NCBI GenBank assembly: GCA_017499595.2
Contig: CM039000.1
Span: 620,001-684,000, forward strand
Length of the DNA: 64,000 bases
Reading direction: 5' to 3'
Source: Psilocybe cubensis
Lineage: Eukaryota
The notes under the pieces were generated by a model. That model worked only from the letters and a program-made list of their open reading frames with translations. It was not told where the DNA came from and did no database searches. Shown in pieces: positions 9,227 to 23,275 of the stretch; position 1 is the first letter of the stretch, and each line of letters starts with the position of its first letter. A program made the position numbers and the translations under genes.

Positions 9227-12184
9227 GGGCAGAGCTGAGCTGTTTAATCTAATGACGCACATTTTCGTAACAAGCGCTGCTTCCTTTGAAACCCGCTTTT
9301 GGAATAGTCGCGCTAGCGCCCGATCCGTGTCATCGCGATTCCGGATTCACGATCCTTGATTCAAGCCTAATTTTAAATCTGGGCAGACCAACATCCAGGC
9401 CCACATTTACATAAATGCTTGCTGGAGAGCTTTCTACTACGTCTGGGGGTCATTTTTGATGTAGCGACTGTAATTGAAGGTGTTTTCATGGGAGTTAAAT
9501 ATAACTCTGGCTTGTTTTCAATGTAAATATAACTAAATCTCGAGGTATACTCTACAGACATTGTTTGTGGGCATACCGGTAAGTCAGGTTGCATCCGCAT
9601 ACTCGCTGACTATCTGTAGCACTGTATAGATTTGATATACGCGCTCAGATAAATATTCAGTACACTCTGCGGCCGAAAATCCGTCTCGGAAACGGATACT
9701 TAAATAACTCGTGCAGGGGTTCCTTGAGCCCCTGTTCCGCTCTTGAACGCAAATTTCAAGTCTATGTCAGGATTTTAGCTCAATGAGGCTAGTGCCTCGG
9801 CTGCTCGGAGCCATCACAATGTTCAGCGGAGACTCTGAAGTTTCGGAGGATTGAGAAAAATACAGTGACGTGGCATTCGAATTCACGGTAGTTTGACCTC
9901 CATAAGGCGTCTGTGAGTTGAATAGTGTACCATAGAGTGTGAATAGAAGACAATATGATAAAATCCACTTGTAACTAACAGAATAAATTGAAATCTCTTG
10001 TGAATTTTCAAGTACTCGTCCTAAAATCGACTGCAAGCAATTTCATCCGCAGAATATAGATTACAACAAGCCCACAGGCAGGGTATGGTGTACCAGTACT
10101 GATATATTACCTAGAATAGTCCAAAATCACTCACAGGAAGCAATGACATTTGTTTGACATATAAACCAATGACATTCTCCTCCTCCCCCGATACGTCAAT
10201 TTACGTCGTTTCAGTCGTTTCCATTCCATCCGTACCTTATTATAGATTAGCCTAGCACCCTTCGGCTCGCGAATAACGTTGTGAATCGGTCCTCTAGAGC
10301 CCAGAAGAACGTAGTTGATTGGATACAGTGCAGGCGGGTAATAACAACGTGGCATGCGTACCGCGGCCGTTTGCTGCATACTCGCCATTTGAGGCGGTTT
10401 GGCGGATGCGTATAGGTGTAGTAATGCGTGGTTGAAGAGATGATGCGCCGTGGTGCAAGGAAAAATCGACAATTTGGAGTTATTCACGTCGAGCCGTGAA
10501 ATGGTGTAAATCGCGCATTCCCGCAGTTTGAAGAGGTGTAGGGGGGATTTTGTGAGCTGAGGGGTTGGAATAGTATGAAATTTAAGTGATGAGTAGTGAA
10601 ATTTGAGTGCTGAAACCTTGAGAAAAGTTACACATTTCAAAAAATATTAAGCGCCCGAATAGACATCACACTGAATTGCGTGAATACAGCAATTCCAAAG
10701 GCATTCCTCAGGTATCTCTGTATAGCAGCAGAACCCCTAATCACTCACATCGTGCATCCCATGTCAACAATCCCAAAAAATTCAACAAAATTTTCAACTC
10801 ACGTACATACCAACATCCTCCCCCTCCCCCGATTCGCGAATACAGCCCATTTCGAACGCCTCCCTTTCTTCCTGGTCTTTTCCGGCACTAACGGGGACCT
10901 GCTCGGCTAGGCTAGGCTGCCGTCACCCGACCTAGAAGGACGGAAATGAAAGCAACCACTGACGGTCTTCAGCTGAATACACAAATGCAATGATACGTAC
11001 CGTACAATTCTGCGCGTTTTCCGCGTATTCCTGGCATTTAGGGTGTTTTAATACGTTACCTATGGTGTTATGCTGGTGTCTGGGCGTCGGATCGAAGGTT
11101 GAAAAGTCGTAAGGTTTGTCTGGTTTCGTATTGCAAGTGTGCTCATGGAGCCGAATGCCCTCATTGTTGGAATAACGGGTTTACATGGTTTTTCAATGTC
11201 AGGTAGCCCCTGAGTGATATGATAGATGCTCTTCAGTATGTGAGTATGTCTGCGAGACTTGTTGAGCTCGGAGCACGATGGAAAAGGGTGTACTGCGTAT
11301 CAACTCCAAATAAGCGCCGAGAACGTGCATATCTACATACAGTGCAAAACAACACTACACACACCTCTAGAAAGATGACAGGGGTAATAATACCTCTCAG
11401 CTCTACCCCTCCAAACCATCCACCCCGCGGAACCATCGAAACAGCTGAACCAATCACATCCGAATCTGCACCTCCTCTCCCAAATCCGCATTCCACCCCA
11501 TTCCAACCGCATTTCTTTTCTTCCGGCTTCGGAATCTCACCACCTCGGCTACTCAGAGTCATAACGGCAGATCAGAAGAAGACAGCGGCGTTCAATTTGT
11601 CGCTGTGCAGAAGACGAGTTTTACGGGTGTTGACTACAGAGCAAGTGTCCGCACTCCGGGAGAGCTAGAATGTGTCGTTTGTGTGATTATGGGTAGAATA
11701 CGTATGGGTGGTGAATTGAATGTACGTACTGGTTTCCCCGAGTCGTGAAGCATTTGAAAATTGTGGAAGATTTGGTGCTAAAGTTTTGTTATTCGTCGTT
11801 CAGGCAATTTTGAGGAAATGGAGTGTATCATGAATCCAGTACTTGTATTGTCCTGGTTTGCGTCTTCAAGCATTGTAAATCTTTATTCTTTATTGAGTTG
11901 AATATAATTCTCTCTTGAGCGCAATGCATCGACATCAGCTCAAACAAACAAATGTACGAAATCATATTTCACAATACAACACACCCACCCAAAGTTTCAC
12001 TCACTGCAAACGGAGAAACCACATCCAATCTACAATCTCGACACACACGGACGATCGGACCACAACTCGCGTAACCCAAATCCGAACCCGCACTAACAAG
12101 CGACACCGAAAAAAAAAAAGAATCTGTATATTTCATTATTCGGTCTACTTACGACATGTAACAGGCGTACTAGTAACAGCCCCA

Positions 12185-14469
12185 CGCGGGTATATAAAGA
12201 CCACGCACCTTGCTGGCCTTTCTTCATCCCCTCACCGCCTACTCTCCTCTGCCTCTTCAGCTCTCCTCTTCTTTTCTCTTCGGGCTTGGATGGCGCGTTC
12301 TGGCAGACGGTGAGCCTTCTAGTTCGTTCTCGACGGCGCTGACGTTGTGCACTATATAGGCATTGGTGAGTGATATTGACACGACGCCGAGGCGATTCTG
12401 ACGCGTTTCTCATAGGCCCGCGCACCACGATGAAAACACCCCTCCTAACCTTGCCCGTAAAGGTGAGTTGCACCCACCCAACGATGCGCTGCTACTCACT
12501 TTGCTTCTCGCTGCACAGAAAAGTAAGGATTTCCGTGAGTCGGGGCCCCTATGACACGCAGAGCGCTGACAACGCACCTTGACAGAATGGCCTCTCGATC
12601 CATCCACCTGACGGCGTGGGCTGGTTGATACCGTGAAGGTTGCTGGAAAGGTCCTAGACGGTGTGGACACGATAACGACGGTAAGTAGCAGGGCAATAAC
12701 TAACATATGGTTTACTGACCCACCTTGAAATTAGATTCCCCGCCCGCCTCTGTCACTGCAAGTTGGATCCACCGGACTATGAGGGGACATAACATGCCCC
12801 CCCAAATCCCGCTCCACGGTGAGTGTTGAGAGCGACTGAAAGTGCTTGCTTGCTGGGATAGACGACCCTACGCGGGTATAAAGACCGCGGATGTTGCTGG
12901 CATTCTTCATCTTTGGGCTTGGATGACGTGTTCGGGCAGACAGTGAGCTTTGTAGTCGACAGCGCTGACGTTGAGCACACCAGAGCCACCGTTTGAGGCG
13001 ACGGTGAGTAACATGCACACGATGCCAATGTGATTCTGACGCATTCCTCGTAGAAGTGCTATAGGTGCGTTGGTCACCGCAGAACGCTGACAACATACCT
13101 CGACAGAACACCACCTAGCCTGTCCCGCTCTGCCCAGACCAGCCAACACCGCTTCTCGCTACACAGACAAGGCATTGCCTACAGAATTTCTGTGAGTCGG
13201 GGCCCCTGATACGTAGAAAGCTGACAACATACCTTGACAGAATGTCTTCTTGATCCATCCCGCTCCTCTCCCTGGTATAACGATTGACGGCGTGAAAAAA
13301 AAGAAGTTTATTCCGGTACCGTACCTACAATGCGTAACGAGCAGCAGAGTACTGAGCTTGCCAATTACTCCATCCCACACTCTCCTTGTATCCTCTCCCC
13401 TGCTTTGGCCTCTGTCAGCCACTCTCTACATTGCCCACACCATCGATGGCCTGCACCGTGCGCTGGATAGCGTGTAGTGACGCTCTTTTGACGGCCGTTC
13501 AGAATGCATGCAGCTGAAGGGAGAGCGGTAAGCACAATCCCTTGCGGTCAAAAGAATTGTCAACTTACTGACCGGTGATACAAGCTGTTGAAAATTGACA
13601 TGGTGTCTATCCTCTCCCCAGCACTGGCCTCTATCAACTGCTCTCCACATTGCCCACTCCATCGATGGCCTGACGCTGTCTTGACGGCCGCCCAGAATGC
13701 ACACAGCTGAGGGAAAGCGGTAAGCACGATGCCTCGCAGTTGAAAGTGTCTACTGACCTGTGACGCAAGCTATTGAGATCGACCCCCTAGGTCCGTGGAT
13801 AGCGAGCAAAGACTCTTGACCGCAAGGTAAGCCGTCGATATAATAACCCAACCAACCTATTGACGCACCAATTGACTTCTAGTCGGGCACGACTGTATGC
13901 GCGAGCCTTGTTGTTTGAGGCGCAAGGAACCTTGGGTGTTGGTTAAAGGTATGCCCGCTCAGTTTGTCTGCGAAACCGTCTTGAATGGCAGGCTGAATGC
14001 TGCATGCACTGTGGCTTGACGGGGGTGGAAAGACTCTGCAAGGGTGCTGTCACCGGCTTGGGCATCCATCGCTTGTCCCATGACGGCGGCGTGTCGACGT
14101 TGGGATCAACGTTATTCCCCTATACGGACATCCGGCCTCAAGCTGAGATCCAACAACTGAGAAAGTCAAATATAAAAAGACGGATAGATGCTCAGAAATA
14201 TCAAGGTAGGCGAAGATCGGGGTGTGTGAGTGAGAAGACGAAGCGGGTAATATAGGTGCTGTGGGGATGAGGCGGAGAGTGCAACATGTGTCGCCTCCTT
14301 CATCTTCCAACGGAAAGGACTTGAGCGCAAGGTGCACGGCGTGACGGTGGTCAAGGAGCTCATCAAAAACGAAGGCCGACTGCCTTCTTCAAGGGGCTGA
14401 CGCCAAAGGTATGCCAGTGTCCTACTTAGTTGCAATTCGCATCACGCACCGCATCGACACAACGTCTAG
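12185..14469 (+). other. Intron-dense unit, copy 2
   Basis: Homologous to 1671-3937, with B-type indels. Confidence 0.55.
14323..14408 (+). pseudogene. GGC1-like exon fragment, copy 2 (frameshifted)
   Basis: Same as 3791-3876. Confidence 0.65.
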
Positions 14470-14586
14470 TAATTACTTGCTAAAACAGGTATACATACAT
14501 CTCGTAGTGTAGAGTATGATTCAGGAGCACAGCTGGTGGGGATAGATAGGGTAGGTAGGTTACTATAGGTGTAGTAGTATGTCGGC

Positions 14587-14803
14587 TGTACATACATACA
14601 TACATACATACACTGCATGTATATGTACACCAATAGACAATGGAGGTATGACAGTAATAAGATAGCCTGTGAAGGGCGTAGAGTGTGATATGATGGGGGT
14701 AGTCGTACACGCCCGGTATGGATGGATGGACGTGTATGGGAATATCATGTAAGGGAAGGATAGGCGTGGGTTGGGAGGCAATAGAAGTCTAGGAGGAGAA
14801 AAA
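14587..14803. other. ~215-bp segment with a (TACA)n microsatellite, present only in haplotype B units
   Basis: Unit 1 reads GGCTGTACACACATGAAAAAAGGTATAAG at 4061-4090; units 2-4 carry the extra block there. Confidence 0.85.
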
Positions 14804-15650
14804 TGGTATAAGTGTTAACGTGAATGCGAATCTGGGAAAACAAGGTCATAAAGATGGGAGAAAATTAAATATAGGAAATGTGCGGTCGGGTGTGCGTGCA
14901 CACTACGCAGCAGAGGAGAACACAACAGGCAGAAGGTAGAGGTGGATGATAACGAGGTGAACATGCCGAAGAAGAAGAAAAAGAGGAGAACAATGCAGAG
15001 GGGGGAAAATCGAGAACGAAATTGAAGGAAGACGAAACGAGAATCAAATCAGAACGGCTCGAAATCCAAAATCCAGTTCCGATTCCAATAGTTTTCTACA
15101 ACAACTCTACTCTACAAAGATCTTCTACTTTTACAAATTCGTCTTCGACACGTCAACGCGTCGTCGACGATCACCCGCGTACCGCGCCACCTGCTCTGCA
15201 GTGGTCACTCGCCCTCGCACGCACGCGTGCAAGTGCACAAATCAAGCACGACCGGTGAGTCTTTCTACTACATCAAAACAAAAAAAAGCAGAAACGGGGG
15301 AAAGAAATAGAAAACAAAAGGAGAAAGCGGGAACTGGACTGGACGATATACACGAGGGGCTTGGTGGTGGTGGTGGTGGTGGCAACAACAGACAGCATCG
15401 AGCGCCAGGCGGTCTAGGGATGGACAGAAGGGATCCTCCGAGCATGCATGCACGCGCGTGTGCTCCCCTCCCTCTCATCCTCCGAGGTGTGATGTTGGCC
15501 CGCAAGAAGTGAATAGGTGCGTATGTGGGTGGAAATCAACTCCGGGTATCGGTTACTGAACTAGATGGGAAGGGAGGGAAGGGGGGGAGGAGACTTGGAC
15601 AGACATGTATGGCATGCAGGGAGGCACGACGGAAGGAGGAGGGGGGGCGC

Positions 15651-17495
15651 TCAGAGCGAGAACCACTGCCTCTTCGCGTGAAGCCTCCTGTGCGCGGTGG
15701 TTGCAGCTACTTTCACCTGTGGCTCGGGCTCGGGCGATTTCTTGACGAGCACGCCCTCCTCCGGGGAGGGAAGCAAAGCGCGTCTCCTGCGCCTGCTCGA
15801 GCGCTTCTGGCAAGACGGGGCGGGGTTGCCGTTGTCGTTGCTGGTAGAAACAGAAGCAGCGGATGCAGAAGAAGCGGAGGCAGAGGCAGAGGAAGAAGCG
15901 CCTGCGGCGAAGTTGGCGGGGGCGGGGCTTGCACCGGTGTTCCCACCTGAGTTTGCGTTGTTCGAGCCTGAGCCGTTGTTTGAGTTGGATTTGTTCGAGC
16001 CCGAGTTGTTGTTGTTGGAGCCAGAATTGTTGGAACCGGAGTTGCCTGCGGGAGCACTCGGAGCGCCAGCAAAGATATCGTTCTGCGCGCCTGAAAAGAA
16101 GAATCGCAAAAACGCCAAGTCAGCCTCTTACAATCCGAAATAATAAAAAAATCATTAAAAACAAACCATCAGCGAAACCCAGCTTGGCGTTGTATGCTGG
16201 AGACTTGAAGCTGCCTGAAAGGTCGTATCCACTGACAGCGATGTTGTTGCCCTCGTTCTGGTTCCAGTAAATCATCTGCTTCGAGCCCTTGACGCAGGCA
16301 CCTGGGTTGCCCTCGCACCACACGGGTGGCTGTGGGGGTGCAATGGGCGTAGTGCTCTTCGCGCCGGTGACTTTGCACTTGAATGGCTGGTGGTACATGT
16401 TCGGCTGGCCGCAGCCGTTCGGGACCCATCCCCACTGTGGAAAGAGTTAGACGAAAAATGTGAAGTTTGAATAGAAGTCGGCTTACAGCGCAGATGCAGC
16501 CTCCTTCAGGGCAGGCGGGCAAGTTGGCCGGGACATCGTAGCTGATAACGCGCTTCCAGGGTGTGCTGTGGGGGATTTTATTGATAAGCGTCATTGATTT
16601 ATTTGCAAGGAATGAAAACCACTCACTTATAACGAACAGTGAACACTGCAAGGTTCTGGGGAGTTACTGCCTTGATGTCAGACTAGAAAGTATTTGCAAA
16701 GTGAGCGCTAGATATGATTTTGAACGAGAGTTGGGGACTTGCGTTGTACGAGATTGCGAATGCGGTTCCGGCCGCCATAGACTGATTCTGGGCATGCACT
16801 GCACAAAAATGAATCAGCAAAAACGCCAAGAAACGAGGGCCGCTCACTGTTTGGGGACGTGATGCATGAAGGGACATTCTGTGAGGCACAGTGGGTTAAT
16901 TAATCAGTTGCTAGGAATATGGGAAAGACACGCACATAGTCCTCGGGGTATGTCGCACCGTCTGGCCATTCTGAGGTGTCGCGCCCGTTGTACGCCAGCG
17001 TGGTCTTTGCGCGGTTGGAGGCGATCTCGACGGTGAAGCTTCCACCAGCAGGACTGAAGTCGGGGTTTAGACGACGGAAATCAAAAATACAGGTGTGTTG
17101 GGACTCACAGCTCGAGGAAGTCCCCGTCTGCAGGAGGATATAGGTCACACTAAGATTGTTTCGCAAGTTTCAGAGAATACTAGGTTAACAATTGCACCAA
17201 AAACACACGTTGTTGATATGATGGACTGCAGAGTGTTGTTTAATGAGATGAACATAGCACAACGGCAAGGCACGTACACCACCAATCCTTAAAGTTGAGC
17301 TGGTATAGAGGTGAGACAATCGCATAGGAATTCAAGTCTTGCGCAGCTTGCGGACCCTATAGAAAGAATGTAGATTCTTCAGCGGTTCTGAACATTTTGA
17401 AATGAGGACTACATTCCTTTGTGGAAAGCTGCAAGATGGGCGTTGGCGCCGCTTAGCCACAAGGCCGCTGTGAGAAGGGTTGCAGCTCGAAACAT
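15651..17495 (-). pseudogene. AA14-like LPMO, copy 2 (haplotype B); exons 2-11 open, exon 1 junction defective
   Basis: 11 exons/10 introns: exon 2 17278-17356 (GPQAAQDLNSYAIVSPLYQLNFKDWW), 17-nt exon 3 17209-17225, intron 3 17150-17208. TAG at 17409-17411 after HKGM. Confidence 0.85.
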
Positions 17496-18444
17496 TGACT
17501 TCAACTTATTGAGCCGCGTTGAAAAAGAGTGTGGTTGGCCTTGAAGAAAGTTTGGCGTAAACCGAGCGGGATAGTACAAGCGTAGGTACAGGAAGGGGGA
17601 AGGAGTCGTCTGTCCAAGTCGTTGGAGTGAAAAGTTGACAGTCTAGTTTATAAGCTAATCAGGAAGTGAGCGGATGGATGATACCCTGCGTTCATCATGG
17701 AAGAAGGGGAGGCAGACCACCTAAATTGATAGATTACTATTTATGATGTGCAGATGTTGCTTTTTCTGGCGAGTTTTTACTCGGTAAAATGTCGAGATCT
17801 ATTAATAGGCCAAAAAAAGAGCGTAGTCCATGCATTCCAACACCTTCAATTTATCGTACAAGCAGAGGTTAGCCCCGCCCGAAGGCCAGAATGGGGCGTA
17901 ACCGGTCTATCTACAGGGAAATCACTCACCGGGTCTCAGTAGCGAAAATCTGTCAAGGTCACGGGACAAACATCCTACCACAACGACGGGTCATACGTGT
18001 TCTTCCCGGGTTGACAATAGGCCTGCCTCACTGATCAGAGGCCCCGGATGAAGTGCGCGGGTCCACTTCAGAGGTGTCCAACAATAATCGCTAGAGCATA
18101 CCCCTGTGTTAAAGCTCCCCGGACGCCATTATGTTGTGTCAGAGCATAGCGGGCCGAACGGAAATTAGGGTGAGTCCTGCTCGCCGGGTCAAAGCAACGA
18201 TGTGTCGTGTTTGTCTAACGCCATACTGGGGTGACTCGAGGGTGCTGGGTGAGGAGTAGGCTGTATCCAGTTCGGCAGACAGCAATACATCTCCAGTTGG
18301 GTGGGTGCATAGCACTGCCTCCAAAGAGGCTGGACAACATTGGATGAAGGAGGAGATGCGCGTCTTGCCGGACGGCAATACATGGATAAGAGTTGGGTAG
18401 ATCCTACTCGCCGGAAGACGATATGCTGCATTGGGGCATATGTA

Positions 18445-18728
18445 GTCGAGACGAGCAAAGGGGAGGGTCCAGCTCTCCGGAAGGCGATACGTTGCGTTGG
18501 GGCATACGTTGGTTGCACATGAAGTCGAGACGAGCAAAGGGGAGGGTCCAGCTCTCCGGAAGGCGATACGTTGCGTTGGGGCATACGTTGGTTGCACATG
18601 AAGTCGAGACGAGCAAAGGGGAGGGTCCAGCTCGCCGGAAGGCGATACGTTGCGTTAGGGCATACGTTGGTTGCACATGAAGTCGAGACGAGCAAAGGGG
18701 AGGGTCCAGCTCGCCGGAAGGCGATACA
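18445..18728. repeat. 79-bp minisatellite, 3 full + 1 partial copies
   Basis: GTCGAGACGAGCAAAGGGGAGGGTCCAGCTC...GCACATGAA starts at 18445, 18524, 18603, 18682. Confidence 0.97.
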
Positions 18729-21700
18729 TGGCGTCGGCGCATAGCTGGATACGTAGTGGGTTAAATCCTGCTTGCCGGAAGACGATGCTTCGCGTTGGAG
18801 CATCCGCTGGTTGCACATAGAGTCAAAACAAGCAAAGAGGAGGGCCCAGCTCGCCGGACGGCAATACATAGCGTCGGAGCGTAGTTGGACAAGGAGTGTG
18901 GTGGATCCTGCTCGCCGGAAGACGTCGCATTGCGTTGAAGCATCCGTTGGTTGCACATGGAGTCCATACAAGTAAAGGGGAGGGTCCAGCTCGCCGGACA
19001 GCGATATATCGTGTCGGGGCATTATTTGGTGGTACAGGACTCCTTGGGACAAGCAAAGCGGGTGGGTTTAGCTCGCCGGACGACGATATGTTGCCTCAGA
19101 GCATCTTTAGGCATGCTGGCACTAGCGAATCGCGGGGAAGAAATACATTGCGTCGGAGTAATCTGAGTTATGGAAAACAGTTAAGCACATGTCTAGCACT
19201 CTGAACAGCAATACACTTACCAATACCACAGCCCTTTATTCTCAAGGCGAGTATCGATGCATAGCTTCAAGGCGAAACTGATACAAAGTCAGTACATGTT
19301 TTCAACACTATATCCAATGTCACATACCTCTTGGTTACCGCGCATTCCTTTACCAGCATTCGTCGGACACCCGAATCTCAAATTTGATTCTGCACACATT
19401 GTCAGTACTTATAAGTCTTTGAAGCGTATAAAACTTACAAGGTTGAAACCAGAATACATCGCCCGAGAGACCTAGGTTGATACTAGAGCATGGCATAGAC
19501 AGAGTGCGATGCCAAGGAGGGTGCATGACGATGAGGAACATCCACGACGAGGAGGGTGCACAACAATGGGTGCATGACGAGGAGGGTACGCAAAAAGAAA
19601 GGTGTGCAACGAGGGAGGTAACGACGAGGACGGGTACACGTCGACGTACATCCAGCATTAGGGCATAATGCACGGCTGGTGTTCATGAAATTCCAGTCCC
19701 TCTTTATACTCTTTTTTTACCAAGTTTTCAAGGTCACGTTGTATTTTCGCTGGCACATCACCTCATTTCTGTAGCTTCATCAATTACACTAGTCTTCGCT
19801 TCACTCCAACTTCGTTTACGAAGTGTAAAATTTATTTATTGGAATGCCATAATTTGACTCTTAGGAGTCCGGGAATATGAGTGATTCCACTTCCCTGTTG
19901 CTCTCCGACTTGAATTCCAAGGCAGAAGATCCTGCTACAAATGTCCGAAAACTGTCCACATCCACAAATTACATTCCATGCTCGAGCACTGGAACAGCCG
20001 CTTTCCATCCTCGTAAACTCGTATTATTGTGCTAGACCCGGAGATCCACTTACGCGTAGAAGGCCGTAGTTTTGTTGAACGTTGCTTCACAACATTACGT
20101 GCATTTACATCCAACATAACGTCCTGTACCGCTGGCACAACACGCGCACCCGGCATGCAGGTATTCTGAATTCGACGCGACGCGTCTCATCCACAACGCC
20201 AGAAAGCAAAAGACCCTGAACGCGAACGCCCCTAAACGCGAATTGGTTTCGGATAACAAAGTCAGCTGAACTTGACGCGACGCGTCGGACGCGTGTCAGG
20301 GCAGAGCTGAGCTGTTTAATCTAATGACGCACATTTTCGTAACAAGCGCTGCTTCCTTTGAAACCCGCTTTTGGAATAGTCGCGCTAGCGCCCGATCCGT
20401 GTCATCGCGATTCCGGATTCACGATCCTCGATTCAAGCCTAAATTTAAATCTGGGCAGACCAACATCCAGGCCCACATTTACATAAATGCTTGCTGGAGA
20501 GCTTTCTACTATGTCTGGGGGTCATTTTTGATGTAGCGACTGTAATTGAAGGTGTTTTCATGGGAGTTAAATGTAACTCTGGCTTGTTTTCAATGTAAAT
20601 ATAACTAAATCTCAAGGTATACTCTACAGAAATTGTTTGTGGGAATACCGGTAAGTCAGGTTGCATCTGCATACTCGCTGACTATCTGTAGCACTGTAGA
20701 GGTTTGATATACGTGCTTATATTAACATTCATTTCACTCTGCGGCCAAAAATCCGTCTCTGAACGGATATTTAAATAACTCATGCAGGGGTCACCCGAGC
20801 CCCTGTCCCGCTCTTGAATGTAAATTTAAAGTCTAACTGCAGGCCTATGACATGCTTTACCTCAACAAGGCTAGTGCCTCGGCTGCTCGGAGCCATCACA
20901 ATGTTCAGCGGAGACTCTGAAGTTTCGGAGGATTGAGAAAAATACAATGACGTGGCATTCAAATTCACAGTAGTTTGACCTCCATAAGACGTCTGTGAGC
21001 TGAATAGTGTACCATAGAGTGTGAATAGAAGACAATATGATAAAATCCACTTGTAACTAACAGAATAAATTGAAATCTCTTGTGAATTTTCAAGTACTCG
21101 TCCTAAAATCGACTGCACGCAATTTCATCCGCAGAATATAGATTACAACAAGCCCACAGGCAGGGTATGGTGTACCAGTACTGATATATTACCTAGAATA
21201 GTCCAAAATCACTCACAGGAAGCAATGGCATTTGTTTGACATATAAACCAATGACATTCTCCTCCTCCCCCGATACGTCAATTTACGTCGTTTTAGTCGT
21301 TTCCATTCTATCCGTACCTTATTATAGATTAGCCTAGCACCCTTTGGCTCGCGAATAACGTTGTGAATCGGTGCTCTAGAGCCCAGAAGAACGTAGTTGA
21401 TTGGATACAGTGCAGGCGGGTAATAACAACGTGTCATGCGTACCGCGGCTGTTTGCTGCATACTCGCCATTTGAGGCGGTTTGGCGGATGCGTATAGATG
21501 TAGTGATGCGTGGTTGAAGAGATGATGCGCCGTGGTGCAAGGAAAAGTCGGCAATTTGGAGTTGTTCACGTCAAGCCGTGAAATGGTGTAAATCGCGCAT
21601 TCCCGCAGTTTGAAGAGGTGTAGGGGGGATTTTGTGAGCTGAGGGGCTGGAATAGTATGAAATTTAAGTGATGAGTAGTGAAATTTGAGTGCTAAAACCT

Positions 21701-23275
21701 TGAGAAAAGTTACACATTTCAAAAAATATTAAGCGCCCGAATAGACATCACACTGAATTGCGTGAACACAGCAATTCCAAAGGCATTCCTCAGGTATCTC
21801 TGTATAGCAGCAGATACTACCATACCCCTAATCACTCACATCGTGCATCCCATGTCAACAATCCCAAAAAATTCAACAAAATTTTCAACTCACGTACATA
21901 CCAACATCCTCCCCCTCCCCCGATTCGCGAATACAGCCCATTTCGAACGCCTCCCTTTCTTCCTGGTCTTTTCCGGCACTAACGGGGACCTGCTCGGCTA
22001 GGCTAGGCTGCCGTCACCCGACCTAGAAGGACGGAAATGAAAGCAACCACTGACGGTCTTCAGCTGAATACACAAATGCAATGATACGTACCGTACAATT
22101 CTGCGCGTTTTCCGCGTATTCCTGGCATTTAGGGTGTTTTAATACGTTACCTATGGTGTTATGCTGGTGTCTGGGCGTCGGATCGAAGGTTGAAAAGTCG
22201 TAAGGTTTGTCTGGTTTCGTATTGCAAGTGTGCTCATGGAGCCGAATGCCCTCATTGTTGGAATAACGGGTTTACATGGTTTTTCAATGTCAGGTAGCCC
22301 CTGAGTGATATGATAGATGCTCTTCAGTATGTGAGTAGGTCTGCGAGACTTGTTGAGCTCGGAGCACGATGGAAAAGGGTGTACTGCGTATCAACTCCAA
22401 ATAAGCGCCGAGAACGTGCATATCTACATACAGTGCAAAACAACACTACACACACCTCTAGAAAGATGACAGGGGTAATAGTACCTCTCAGCTCTACCCC
22501 TCCAAACCATCCACCCCGCGGAACCATCGAAACAGCTGAACCAATCACATCCGAATCTGCACCTCCTCTCCCAAATCCGCATTCCACCCCATTCCAACCG
22601 CATTTCTTTTCTTCCGGCTTCGGAATCTCACCACCTCGGCTACTCAAAGTCATAACGGCAGATCAGAAGAAGACAGCGGCGTTCAATTTGTCGCTGTGCA
22701 GAAGACGAGTTTTACGGGTGTTGACTACAGAGCAAGTGTCCGCACCCCGGGAGAGCTAGAATGTGTCGTTTGTGCGATTATGTGTAGAATACGTATGGGT
22801 GGTGAATTGAATGTACGTACTGGTTTCCCCGAGTCGTGAAGCATTTGAAAATTGTGGAAGATTTGGTGCTAAAGTTTTGTTATTCGTCGTTCAGGCAATT
22901 TTGAGGAAATGGAGTGTATCGTGAATCCAGTACTTGTATGGTCCTGGTTTGCGTCTTCAAGCATTGTAAATCTTTATTCTGTATTGAGTTGAATATAATT
23001 CTCTCTTGAGCGCAATGCATCGACATCAGCTCAAACAAACAAATGTACGAAATCACATTTCACAATACAACACACCCACCCAAAGTTTCACTCACTGCAA
23101 ACGGAGAAACCACATCCAATCTACAATCTCGACACACACGGACGATCGGACCACAACTCGCGTAACCCAAATCCGAACCCGCACTAACAAGCGACACCGA
23201 AAAAAAAAAAGAATCTGTATATTTCATTATTCGGTCTACTTACGACATGTAACAGGCGTACTAGTAACAGCCCCA

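Larger units (their letters stand above)
1..10523. repeat. Array unit 1 (10523 bp, arbitrary phase), LPMO haplotype A
   Basis: Distance between marker sequences; carries A-type indels (no SPLY, collapsed intron 3, (GGT)7). Confidence 0.95.
10524..21605. repeat. Array unit 2 (11082 bp), A-like start then haplotype B
   Basis: A-type SNPs up to ~12610, B-type from 12689; private 9-bp deletion near 10732. Confidence 0.95.

Noticed and set aside
10131-10640. 169-aa ORF open in five units
   Set aside because: No recognisable domain and many amino-acid differences between units; persistence can be explained by recent duplication. Not excluded, but unsupported.
18024-18070. Hammerhead-like ribozyme in the B-specific hairpins (CTGATCAG...GAAG)
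   Set aside because: Core CUGANGA/GAAA consensus is not met and the sequence differs in haplotype A.
18445-18728. CRISPR array
   Set aside because: Whole 79-bp units repeat with no unique spacers; no cas genes; eukaryotic context.
18189-19052. 287-aa ORF and related ORFs at 29502-30308 and 40544-41407
   Set aside because: They lie over the 79-bp repeat, cycle through reading frames, and change length and frame between units.
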